A stretch of 64,000 nucleotides of DNA from Mizuhopecten yessoensis (Eukaryota). The notes under the pieces were generated by a model, which saw only the letters and a program-made list of their open reading frames with translations, made no database searches and had not been told where the DNA came from. Shown here one piece after another: positions 1 through 13,200 of the stretch. How positions within the stretch are numbered: position 1 is the stretch's first letter; each line of letters starts with the position of its first letter. Position numbers and translations under genes: made by a program. The stretch lies in contig NW_018408551.1 in NCBI RefSeq assembly GCF_002113885.1, forward strand, positions 1,524,260-1,588,259. The letters run 5' to 3'.

Positions 1-394
1 ACAGAATAATGAACTATATTGATGGTTGTGCATTGGTGGATCCCACAGCGTATTTTACTATACTGATGATTTTACTCGCCCTGATCCTACAGTATAAAAC
101 GATAATCCATGGACAGATTTCACAATGAAATTGCATATATTGATTATTAGACATAAACATGACACGATCCTAAATGTTTAATTAACTATATTGATGGTTA
201 TACATATAAATCAACGATTTTCTGATATTCAGTGCTATTCAATAGCACCTTACAGACATGTGCAAAATGCAAGGCAAGCGTCATCTTATGCATGTGCGAT
301 ATTTCTGTTAGAAATGATATAATACAAGAGTGATATTGATTAACATTAGTACATTGAAAAGATTCTAAGAGCTTGTGCTTTAAATATTATGAAT

Positions 395-680
395 TCCGTG
401 ATAGATGTTGACGGACAACTAACAACTCATTGGTGAGTCTCGTGGTTTCGTTGTCATTACCCGAGTTCTCAATATAAGGACTTGGCATTAGTTTGACTTG
501 ACCTATATCTACATGGCAGATGTCACCGATAAAGAAGAAAACGCCTACCCTCCGGAACACATGGTCTTACTGTCCTTGCATTTCTTCACGGTTCTCCATG
601 TAGATATTTCTTTTATTCAAATTTTGCCCTAGTTTTAACAAGTTTGAATTCCAAGTATGGTTTGTTAGGTATTGTTTTTA
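395..680 (+). mobile_element. Penelope-like element 3' remnant
   Basis: Short RT C-terminal-like stretch IDVDGQLTT (~400-430), followed by the motif gtcaccg...acgcctaccctccggaacacatgg, also seen at 9180-9225, 32636-32690 and 35635-35700. Confidence 0.45.
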
Positions 681-1435
681 ATTATCGAAATGTATCAAAA
701 TATAAATGTTCAATGACACCATCTTCAACGTTGATACTAATAAATTTAGAACGCAAATGAAAGTTTCCTTGAAAATTGGTTGTTACCAAGACAAACTAAA
801 CCATGATACATGTATTCTATGCACAACAATTATGTATGGCTTTGCAATTATGGTTAAAATATCTCAAAACGAGTCACACATGAAGTTAAGATGTGCACAT
901 AGTTCTATATTCTGGACTGATCTATATTACTCCAAAAACATGTCCATTATGTTTAAACTATATCACGAATTCAATAGAAGATTCATTTCAGCTATTTGAG
1001 AATCTTAACTCAGTGTTTATGTTTTTGTTAAACTGGAATTTTGAGCAGCCTACGGTTACGAACGTTGAAATAAAGGATGCATATGTAAACAAAGAACATA
1101 AAGTGCCCGAGGCATTTGAAAAATAATAGTAGAAAGAGTCTTGTCATACTACCTAGGAACCAGAAGCAATGTCGACGAGACAAAAATACAGCGTCTGAGC
1201 TACTTGATTGTTTTCATTTGTGCATGCTGTATCTATAACCAAAGTTTAAATGTGCTATCATCATATGTGAGTGTTTGGTTTATCCTTCATAGCATTGTAC
1301 AACAATGGTTACTCACCAGTTCTGAAACTAACCTAATATAGGCAGCACACCACATGTATCGCTGGTTTAGGGTTCCACATTAGAAAATGTTGCCAATGAT
1401 GTTGGTCATTTGCACATAGCATGACATTTAGTTAG

Positions 1436-1704
1436 TTAATTAAGATTACTTACCAACTCGTCCACCAAATCGGAGAGTTTTTGAAGCTGTTCTGTGGAGA
1501 GATCTGGGTTGTCCAGTACCATTGGCATATCCATGGCATCCTCGGTATCCTGTACGATGGGAGGGTAAAAACTGTCCATGTCGCTATAACGGTCCGAACC
1601 TGAGACTGGGTCCTCACTCCTTAAAAGTAACTTTTTTAAGAAAAGTCCACTGTTTTCTCCACTGTTGGGTAATGCTGATGGGGGACCTGACCGTTTACCG
1701 TTAC
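1436..1704 (-). CDS. GGNamide / excitatory peptide precursor, last coding exon (N-GKR processing site + C-terminal associated peptide)
   Basis: ttgacag|GT AAC GGT AAA CGG = (G)NGKR, then SGPPSALPNS...DELVSNLN*. This is the 3' part of track ORF 1436..1780; the ORF's first 25 codons are intronic. Phase matches exon 2. Confidence 0.92.
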
Positions 1705-4700
1705 CTGTCAACATAAATATATTTCTCTTGTAAAAGACAATGCTAGTGTAAAAAAGAAGGTGTCGATCTCGTGTATGCAACTATACTTTGAACATTCGTA
1801 AAATCAAGGAAGATGTACATTTTTGAATCCGTATCAATGAAAAATTACCATATTAATAAAAAAACCTAAACAAATAACAATTAATCACTGCTTGTATACA
1901 AATCTTATTTTGATATCGATCAACGTATGACAAACGCAGAAGAAGCTACATTTAACCAATTATCAAATTGTAGTAATGTGGTGTTCTCGACGAATTTTCC
2001 ACAAAAAAATTGCGTTATTTGATTATGTTTCCCTGTTTCAATTCCAAACTACTTCCTACTGAACTCTGTAAAACCAATGTTGTGTTAAGACACAGAGACC
2101 AGTTTCGAATTGAGTTTAGAATATTAATGCATATAAATTTGAAATAGAATATTAAAATCGGGCTGATTACAGGAAGTTGTGACAATATATCGTGAATATT
2201 GCTTAATTGGCAGGAAACGAGTGACTATCATTGTGCTATAGGGATTCATTAACAAGAACATCAAAACAATTAAATTAACTGTTACGCTACTTATGACAGC
2301 CATGAAACACTATATTATTATGTTAACATGTTATCAGAATGATGGAGTGCTAAATTATAAAGATTTATAATATGTTGACGGTTGTGTCAAATGTTAACAT
2401 GATGTGTTCTAACGCCACAAGCATGTAGATTGTACACCGAATTATCTTCTGTATCTCTTGTGACTTACTATCCTATTTGAACGATGTTTAAAGTTATAAA
2501 AGAAATAAATGTATTCATTCTTTGAAGAGTGAGCCACTCTTTAAAAAAAATAGACATTATGTTGCTAGCTATTCGGAGTAAAAGAAATATTGACAAGGCT
2601 ATTTCGGAGTGCTTGCAAACATCATGAGATCATGAGGCATCCAGCGTTACATTTTATAGAATGAACAAAAGAGCCAGCATATGATATGTTGTGTTCAAAA
2701 GAGCACTAAACAATGCTAACCAGATCCTGACTAATTGCATGTGCTTGCTTTTATTCTAGTTCTCTAAAACCTCCCAGCATTTAAACTTGTACTTTGTAAC
2801 CATTTCGTCGTAAAGATCCAAAGGAAGGAAGGAATCGGATTGTCATAATGGACTTAATCTTGATATAAGTTCTATAAAATCTTAAATACTTATCCGGTTC
2901 TCATTAAAATATACGTCTCTGTGTCAACGTATTGGTTTGTAAGTGTTATCTAAAACTAGGAGCATTTCTAAATTGGTTCTTTTACATTGAAATTATACTA
3001 AAGACATTTTATATTTTACTCATACAAATATAACATTTATATTTATTTGCATAGAGCCTGTCCGTCTAATATTCTCATAAAAGTCATGTATAAGTGTTTT
3101 AATATGTCATTAACATGTTATTATCATGCTGAAGTTCATCGTATTACTAAAAGAGTTATACAAAATAAGTCTGATGTTTTCTTATCTTTTCATCTTTCTT
3201 CTTAACTTAATGGCCCCGAACATCACCGATTAGTCATATACGGTCAAAATGGCTGTTTCATGCAGGGTTATTAATTTCATGCCTACCGTATCTATTACCA
3301 AAGTGTTAAAGGTGCAATTACCAGTTTGTGTTTATGTGTTACCCTTATCTTAATGAAGCATAACATTTCTGAAATTCCTTCTTTAATGAAATTGACCTTT
3401 AAGAATCCGATATCATATTTTATTGCCAATGCTTCCAGCAGTCTTTTTAGAAGATAAGGATGACATTTATGTATTGTAATAGCATTTAACTAAGACTTGA
3501 AGACCGTTAATGTGACACTGGGGAATAGGGCTAATCTTTTCCAATGCTAGAGACCTCAAATGTATGCGTTATCACGCCCTTAAGACGAGGAGGACATTGC
3601 CTTAACATGGGATTATATCCGATCTGCTACAAAAAGCCTTTTGTATAGTATGGAATACCATATAAAGAGAAGCCCCGTGTTGAACAGATTGTTCCTTTCT
3701 CAATGATTATTAAGGGATCCAATGCTTTTCTGTACCAGCACCTTATATGTGTACTCTATCATTAGCATGGCACTATAGTTAATAAATGGCCTAGACAGAG
3801 AGACCTATAGTTTCCGGGTGAGATAGAACCCTAGCATCGCTAGTTCTAGGATGACAAATTTCAAAGGTGCTATCTCATGTATGACATGTGCGTGTGTTCT
3901 ATCAATGGGAAATACTAAAAGTAAATACGTCCAGAATTTCTTCTTTTTGAGATGTAAGGGTTTATTCCTCAAAAGTTTTGTTCTTGTGAAGTGTGAAGTT
4001 AAACTTTAAGTGGAACGTTTTCTTTTTTGAGTTGCAAGGATAAATACCTCAACAGATTTTGTCCCTGATGAGCTGTAGGGGAACATTTGTATATACCTCA
4101 CATGTTTCGAAACAAGTAAAACTAGAATTGACAAACTGTTGTAATCAATACACATTGTAGTATCGGAAAATCATGTATCGGAGCGGATATATTTGTTGAC
4201 AGTACAGATGTAAATACAGCTATATACTATAAAGTTATTGGATGGAACCATAGGTCAGTTTGTATTAATTCAGATTTTGCTTTTTTCCCTTTGTTTTAAA
4301 GTTAGTAAGAAAAAAACAATACAAGTCCGTAATCCAGTTGATACAATTATTTTACTTTCCCTTATTTAGAAATGTTGTTGAATAGTGTAGCGTCCTGAAC
4401 TCAAAGAAGGTTTACAATAATAAACAACCTTGCAGTAGTCTATTTGTAGTGTGATTACTCAGACTTGCCGATCCCAGACAGTATCGGTAAATGTGCGGGA
4501 ACTAACACGTCACCAAAGAGATGGATATGCCTATCACGTACGTAACACCGTGTTTAACGCCTAGTTAGATATTTACATATATACTGACACAGACTCTCGA
4601 GAAGAAAATAAAGATGTTCTTTTGTGTTAAAATGAAACGCTAAAAAGTATATAAAAACTAAACAATCACAATTGGGGTTTTAGATTATACACGTGGCTCA

Positions 4701-5029
4701 ATGTTAAATTATCTTCCCAGCATGCATCACATTGATGAGATTTGATTGAAAACTTGTAAGGTAGACAACATTGCGCTCCTACTGTGCCATTTGTCGTGAG
4801 ATCAATCAACAAGATATCAATAAAAAACGGTATACAATTTTTGTTTCGGGACACGCAGAGCAGAACTCAGAGCTGGAGGTATCGGAGGTCTCTTTGACTA
4901 ATTCTCCATTCAAATGAGAGAATAAATAGCAACCTGAGATAAAAAAAAAAACACAACACCATGGTACCCGATGATACCCGTCGATAAACATCTAAATTGC
5001 CGGTAAAGGAACAATGTTTTTTATTTGAT

Positions 5030-5370
5030 TATATAAGTGCACAGTTACATGTATTGACATGTATAATTAAATGTAAGATTTTTTGTTCAATTTAGCGAAC
5101 CTCTGGCGAGCTTAAAAGAAAGAATTTCGTGACGAGTTTTATAAATGTCATATGAAATAAAAATGACTATAAGATCCTTTTTATCACATACTCAAGATTT
5201 GGGGCATTTATTCGTGTAAAACGACAATTTTCATGCAATATTGAAATGTAAAAAAGCGCCATTTTGACTCCAGTGCGTAAGTCTGTGACGTCATGTACTT
5301 GCCCTAGGCGTGACGTCATGATTATACAGGGCTGATAGGTCATATTACATGGGTTAATACGCAAAAGCCT
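5030..5370. mobile_element. Dispersed non-autonomous repeat (MITE-like DNA element), copy 1
   Basis: Aligns by eye over ~300 bp with the reverse complement of 40385-40700 (e.g. gccattttgactccagtgc.taagtctgtgacgtcatg; gcatttattcgtgtaaaacg). No coding capacity. Confidence 0.75.
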
Positions 5371-8300
5371 ATTAACTGGATAGCACAGTACATTATGTGA
5401 TAAAAGTAAATACCGATTCATTGAATTGATATGCATTGACTTGACGTTCAATGCCATCCAAATAGGTATTGCCACCTTTAAAGATAATATTCTTTATCTT
5501 TTCACGAGAGTTTTTAAACTTCATTTCAATTTCTCCTTCGATTTGTCGGCTCCACATTTCATTTTCATGATAATCAAATTATGCGCGTTTTAATTTGCTC
5601 ATGCTCCTCGTTGACATACCAAGCTTTGGTTGTTTTATATGTTTAACGCGTTGTATACGAGTTTACGATCAGTGAATAATCACCTGATGAATCGGTAGTC
5701 CACGCTTAACGCCTCCTGAGGTTTTCTGTCGATCTAAACACGGTTCTTCTTACATTCGTCGTGATAATTGCTTAAGACTCTTAAGCTAGATATGTCGAAG
5801 AGATTTATACATGAGTAAAAAATACTTCGAACTTGGTTCTGTGTCCATAATATCTTGTGCGTCAAGCGTGAATCGCCCGTGGGAAGGGATAAATCTTTCT
5901 GAGCGTATTCACTGTTGTGAGGAACCATTCGAACGCGCCGCTTTGTCTGCAATGTCTTATAAATCTACAGTCAAATTTAAAACAAAAATACATAAGGGAG
6001 GCATAAAGGACCATTCATTTGTTCATCGTAGAGATTCCATTTGGGAAATGTTTTTTGGAGATTATATTTCATTGGATAGATGTTTGCGGTTCAACAACTT
6101 AAAATAACAAAGAGTCATTTTAAATAACAATTTGTATGTGTAAAGAGTAGACCCGTTCGTTGAGACGAGGGAAAACGAAAGACATGACAGAAACAGCGAG
6201 TATTATAAAATGAAATTAAAACCGATCACAACATTTTCACTAAACGAATGCCGAGGGCTCCGTTACCAAGGAAACATAGCAGATGAATATTACTGCTGAA
6301 ATTGCTGGTTACTTTTATGTTAAAAACAAATCTAAATGAACAAAAGAGGATGTAATTGAAAACGAATCATGAATACAAAACACGTATCTATGAAGGTTTT
6401 GAGATCTTGTATTTGATCGGATTGACCTCACAGAGTGATCACGAAGCTGAATAATGAACAAAAGAAGCAGCTTTCTGCAGATTCCTAAATAGCACAGTGT
6501 ATGTCCATACACGTTTACATGTCATGGAAATTGCACTTTTGTTCAAGAACAGCATAGTCTTGCCTAAAAACGTAAGCATTAAACTGCAGCGTGTATTTTT
6601 ATTTCCTGATGCATTACGAAAAACATGTTGTTCCCTCTCCTGGGTCCAGTACCTGCGCACAGGTAGTTCACACGGCGCGTATAGGTACGTGATATAGTCG
6701 TTGTGTTTAAGGATATATGCGGATGTGATCGGTAATTGGTCTATAAATATTTAAGGAGAGACTTGGTAAATAAATAGGTCCATAGTACAAAATCGATTGT
6801 GTACAAATATTCAACGTTTTGTCCCTAACGAATTAATATGAAACACTTTTTGATTTGTAACGGGTCGTAGATTCAACTTTTGCAATTTTTCAAACCTTTG
6901 ACTGCAAGCTAATGCAAATTTGTGGATATATTTCCATTATCCTCAGTGTGTGTATATGGGTGAGTTTGGACTCAATACATTTTCCGCGTAAAACTATGAC
7001 ATACATTGTACCTATCCACAAACAGTATACTTGAAATGAAACCAAGTCCGTCGACATAGCTGTGACACGTTCAATACCAACGTAGCATGCCATAATCATC
7101 CATACAAGCGTCTGATTGACACTAAATATTTGTTTTAGGTTAAATATAATCACTTCCTTTTTCCTAACTTCCGGTATCTCGCCATGATCATATTATTCAC
7201 TGAATAATATGTCCGTATTTTTTTTATCTGACTCTAACAACTACCCAGCATGTAAGCCATGTCCATCTTGTTTAGTAATAATTGATCGGTGGTATCAAAG
7301 AAAGCTACAAGGAATCAAATTACCGCTACACAGGCAAAAATTAGAAACAAAATAATGTGTCAATGGCGCAATGTTTAACTCACGAATATCTCTACACTAT
7401 AGAGTGTGCAAATAATTACCGCTAATTGTATTGTGTTTACTTCGTCCACCAATTAGCAGTAGGGTCATCACAAATACGGGTGTCTAGTAAGACGTCAGCT
7501 ACTTAAAATCAATTGTAATAATAACGTGAAAAAAGGATAAGAATCGAACTCGCAACCATTAATATATCTTTTATCTAGGCTACTGCGCTTCTAGATATGT
7601 TAAACAAGTAGCTAGGCCACTTTCATGTATGGGAACTGATAATATTTCCCCTTTTGTTTATGTGTAACCTGGTACTATGTTCGGAACGTTGTGTGTGTTC
7701 TGTTGATGTTGATTTCACTAATCGATGTTATTGAATTGATTTTGGATCATGGAGTTTCTTTTAGATTGAATTTTACTACATTTCAAAAAACAAATTATAC
7801 AAAACCCCCATGATGTATAGCTTTAACTAACCATGATCCTAATACTTGATTATTTAATTTAAAGCATTACTAGGATCAATTGTTCCAAAGGAAACATTTT
7901 TCGGTACTAGCACTTGCTATTTGTCATTGTTATTAAAATATCAATTAAATCACATATGTATTAACCGAACTATTTTCTGACTTCACTCGTTGTCGTTAAT
8001 CCTCACCGCTGATACGTTGTACGTTACAATTGCTTTTAATTTCATATCATTGTTAAGACGTTATGGGAGGAATTCTTTGAAATGCTTGTTTGCAAATGTC
8101 TGCTTGTCCATGGTGACAAAGATTGTAGCATCACTATCCATCAATGGGGAAGTTCCATTACGACTATTTGGTAGTTAAGTAATAAAATAGCAAAGTCCTT
8201 GATTATATGTGTCTTCGTTACTACAAAACACTACCGTAGAAACAAACTGTTAGGCCCGCAAACCCGGTCACGATTCGAGTAAAGGTCATCCGGAATATAC

Positions 8301-9179
8301 TTTAGTCCCTTTTTTATCGCTTCCTGAACTATTTCTGTTAATTACCTTATTAATGCTATAATTAAGGTATTGTAGATACGCATAATTGATACACCTAGTG
8401 TGGGGTTAGGCAAGGCGACTGTCACACCGAAAGGAGATATAACCTATGCCCATGTTATTGCAATGTACCTAGCAACAATGAAATGTCCTATGTTTTAATC
8501 GGGCGGACATGTATATATAGACGCGGTGATATAAGAATAATAATCAGTGCTTACCATGGTAGGCGTAATTTAAGTAAATAAATTACATGTAATATTGATA
8601 ATTTTTGGTTTATCGAGGAAGGGTTATTTTCAGAAGAAATCAAATTGAAGCTACTCACTCCTTTTTTAATAAAATTAAAATTAACAAATCACCTTTTGGC
8701 TAGGCAGTTATTTTTATATAAACAATGGTTACTTAGGGGTTTTAACATTTATTTCAGAAACGATTTCGAGGCAACCTTTTGAAGTCAAATAATTTCTGTA
8801 ATCATTTTCAAAGTTAACCTGATCCAGTTGTTTTAGGTATGTGTTTTAAATCGCTCTGATATCTAAAACATTATTTGTTCTTCCCCTTATTTTCAATCAA
8901 TTATATTATTTCTGTTCAGTTTTATATTATGACATATATTAGTTTTAGTATGTTTGAATTGTTTTGATATAACAAGTTTAACTTGAAACCTAGTGACCTA
9001 CCAAACATATCGGTCTATACAAACCATTCCAGAAACAAAAAAATCGTGTTGATTCATTAAAAAACCAAGAGAACACCGAAATGTCAGCAAAACCATAATA
9101 AAAACTCAAATTCGATAGAAGTAAGGGGAAAATGATAAAAGGGAAAATGTGCATGAAGATTATCGGAAAAGGCAAGGAG

Positions 9180-10280
9180 GAAGAGTAAGTGTTCCGTAAA
9201 GGTAAGAGTCTGCTTCAAGAACGCCATCATATTAATTCAGATCACGTCCAAGTAATGTCACGTCCTCACGTAGATAAAATGAGTAGTGATAGTAATACCA
9301 CTAGGCACAACTATGAACGTTATTAAAAAAACATCGACTGACATATCAAATATGAAATGGCACACTTTCCTATGTGATCATTATGGCGAATTCAAGCCTG
9401 TCTTCATTAAACATAACAATGTTGTACGTTTGTTCGACATCTATCACGGAAGTCTTGAATATCGAATCAACTTTGACATGTACAAACCGTAGTTTTTGGA
9501 AGCAGTTATATCACTATCAAGAAAGGGAAGGTTCAGTTTAGGAAAGTTGAAACCGTCCCGCTAACTTTACAGCTTCATACATCATATGTAGCAAAATGTC
9601 CCTGTTGTTTACGTTGTAAGTGCAGATCGCGAAAAGCTGCTTAGGTAGAACAGTCTAAAGTGTCCTTGATTTCAAGCTCAGGAGGGTATATCTGAATGTG
9701 AATTAAAAGGGTTTGTAAAGGTGTTTGTTATTAGTCCTGATAAGCTCACCAATAAATGCAGCCTTATGTGAACACAAAACACAAGTTGGCCTGAAAAGGG
9801 ACACAGTGTGTTCCAATAAAAATGTCTACTGTCTGTTGGAAAACCGTCTACCGAACTCAATACAGACATTGTCAACCAGAAACTCAATCATTCTCATAAT
9901 TCTGTCATCTAGGTATTTCATTTTCGTCTTTGTTGTGATTTTTACAAAATATGCTCCAAAATATCTTTTTATATATATTAGGTAAGACGCTCTCATAATA
10001 AGGCCTCGGAGGCGTTTCTTCCGCTTGATGTGAGGTATGTTAGTGTAAAGTGTCGAAAAGGCAACAGGTTTGATAAAAGAAACATATTTCAGAAGAAGAT
10101 GTCTTAAATTGAACAAAAGATCTTTTGAATGCTTTAAAATCCACATTCCCTTTATTCCATTTCCCGAGTATACAGTGTCAAAATACGACTGTAATCCTGA
10201 TTTAATGGTAATAAAAATGGTAGATAGGAGTTTAGACAATGGCTTGCTTGAACAACTTAAAAGCCAGCTTATACAATATT
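9180..10280 (-). mobile_element. Decayed Penelope-like retroelement reverse transcriptase (Naiad/Chlamys-type)
   Basis: Frameshifted minus-strand motifs in the expected order: MWILKHSKDLL, FSTLYTNIPH, MIEFLVDNVCIEFG, IFIGTHCVP (cf. GIPMGTNCAP), IYPPELEIKDT, RDGFNFPKLNLPFLDSDI, LIRYSR, then the shared 3' non-coding motif. Confidence 0.85.
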
Positions 10281-13200
10281 GTTATAAGGATTCTAGTTAA
10301 GCTCTGGAATCTAACAAATACAATATAAAGTGAGTAACAGATGAACAGATAGTAACGTCACGTATGTGATTCTGTATATGATACACGCTGCATCTGCGTG
10401 TAACACTACCGACTATTTCATGAAGATAAAATGTTTTATGTACATGGACTAGACATAAACTAAGGTAATGTATCAATTAAAACATCCAGCGTTTGCAACT
10501 AAACTCGAGCATGTGATTGACGCCGCTTTTTTGATTAGTTTGGCTTGTTCTGACACATGCGTATAACTAACCTATATGCACTTTCCCGAAAGAAAATGAT
10601 ACGGGGAATGGTCATGATTTATTGTCGTCTAACAAGGCTTGGCCTGGAGATGGATGTCAAAGGTATAGCTATAAATCAAAGGTGTGACGCGCAATTAGGA
10701 ACGCAGTAAATAAAACCCCTTTGGGAGAGAGACTGATAAAAAATTATAGATCTTAAGTGAGATCTTTTGTTCTCAGCATGCACAAGCCATCAATGAGTTC
10801 ATGAAAGTTTTGTGTGCCAGGGTTCATTTAATTGCTCAATGACTTCATAGAAACTTGTATAAGGAAAACACTTTTCTAAAACCTCTGTTACACAGTCAAA
10901 CTCTAGAATTGTCCGGTGGTCTCTGGATAGGCCTGGGATAGGACCAGTATCTAGATCTTTGTTGCATGTATTGATTGAAGACATTTTCTCTCGCGAATGT
11001 AAGCTTGCCACGCGATTAACTCGTTCACCCATTTCACGATTACAAAGACACGTTGTGACCCTCTCACAGATTGTATCGCTTTTCAGAAAATAAAGATATT
11101 TCTTTTCAGTGATGTTATCCTTTCTTATTCTTCCACTTGAACATCCACTACAGCGTCTACATAGGTTTCTGACTAAAGAGCACCTGTAATGTAATATGGG
11201 GTAAGGAGATGACCGGATTGTAAACTAACTAGAAAGACGGCGATGTATACTTCCTTTAAACACACAACGATTGATATAACAATGGCTCTGTCGGCGTAAA
11301 TGGAGTTGATGAATGTTCCAAAAATTGGGATTGCATCTGAAATAAAATAGTCGGAGTGCTTCTGATCGTATACAGCTTGTGGGTCTAGTGTACATTGGAT
11401 ACCATATTATCGATAGATGTGTCCAGATCAAACGTTCGATTGTTGTCCAAACTTTCAAAATATCGATTATATCTACCGATGTATTAATTTATTGATAACG
11501 AGAGTGATTTAAGTCAGCCAAGTTTTGATGTGTCTGATCCCACGCCTGATAAGACCTGCAAGTGGTCATGAACTCACAATTCCTCATCAGGCGGAAGTGG
11601 TTAGGCGGAAAGAGAACTGGTTATTAAGACAGAACACCGGTGGACGATATCTTCCCTCCGACGTATTTAATAACGTAAGGTAATTTCTAGTATAATGATG
11701 ATAATATCAAGTCTAACAAAGCAAGATACACACTTACAGATGTAGGTAAAATAGTCGTATAGAAAGTCAATGGTATAGCTAATGATTGCCCTTCATTCTG
11801 ACGGTGTATTCGGTAGTAATACGTCTTTGGCAAGCAACATATTCTATGGTGCGCGATCCATACAGAATATGTTCGTTACCAACTGCGTTCATACTACCGA
11901 ATTTGCCGTCAAAATAAAGGCCGAACCTTATTTTATTATCATAAAAATTGTTCAAATGCTATACAAAGAAAACAACAGTCGAAGCGGGTTGTTAGAATAA
12001 TATAGTTCCAGTGAATCTACATCGATGTATGGGTAAATTTAGAAACTACGCAGTGAACAATTTTTCTTCTTTTCATCGTTTTTTAAAATAAATTAATATT
12101 ACAAGTAGCACTTTTAGTACAACATTTGTATTCATTTGTATTTGTCGTTCTGTAAACGCATTGGCACACTGTTCTGGTAGAGACGCGGTCGAACGTCGGA
12201 AAAGGTAGCCGTCATTGTTTACTTTATCGGCAAAGAATTCTGAATGTGCATCCATGAAAAAAAGAAGTTTGCCAGCATCCCTTTGTTGTATGATCAGACG
12301 TAATTGATCCCGAATATGTTCCATGTTCTAGATGTTAAAGGAACCAAACCATGACTGTAATTGCACAGAAGCGAGAACGGCGCCATATTTGAAGAAGGTT
12401 TCAATCCGCCGAGCCTTTTAACGTTTATGTATATGTAGTCAGAGTTTACCCGGCTGAAGAAGGGAGAGATGTAATTTATAATCGCTTAGGTAACTAGGAA
12501 CATTTTGTGCTCGTATCACCAAAAAAAACATAAGCCGAAACAAAAAAATGGATCAACTTGGAGTTTCATTAATAATTATAATAATTTGGTTATTGGTGAA
12601 TCAGTCGATTCTTGGTTTTGATAGATTTGTCATTTGTTTGATCGCACTACACTCCCAATTACCGTGCGTACATCGTACATGCATCGTGCGCTCATCGTCT
12701 GCATATATCGCATACACACGTGTTACCTCCATATGTGCGATATGGTAAGATCGGTTGATGTTAAGGATTTTTTTTTTCCGAGAGGCTAGATTGAAATGAG
12801 GGTACATCATGCGTTTAATATCCGACCGGTATGTTTTGCACTTCCATGATTTGATACAGCTAGACCTGGTCTGGGTTAATTATGTATGTGACGCTCTACG
12901 TGGAAATTTTACGCCTACTTCATGGCTAACTAGATACACGAAATGTATTCGTCACCTGGTAATTACTAGGTAATTATTATAACGGGTGAGATGTAGGGGT
13001 GCTTTGTTTTAATTGCATCTGCGTGTACAGTATGTACATGTGTATGACCGTTTACGTTTATCTACACACGTTTCGACTGAAGTAGTTTCTAAACAATTTT
13101 GTTATTTGTACACTTTGTTCGTGCTATATTCATCACTGTTAAACACATAGATAACCATATAAATCTGGCTAAATTGGCAAACTACTTAAATTATGAAAGA

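Noticed and set aside
1705-1780. N-terminal 25 codons of ORF 1436..1780 as a real protein start
   Set aside because: Lies upstream of the splice acceptor at 1705; the true N-terminus comes from exons 1-2.
4060-4120. CTGATGA...GAAA as a hammerhead
   Set aside because: No convincing stem I or stem II pairing.
4700-4745. HQCDACWED in ORF 4666..4854 as an alternative peptide exon
   Set aside because: Cysteine spacing is wrong, with no GG and no suitable splice sites; probably chance.
8371-8586. TG...CA segment with TATA-like and poly(A)-like motifs as a solo LTR
   Set aside because: No TSD and no second copy in the window.
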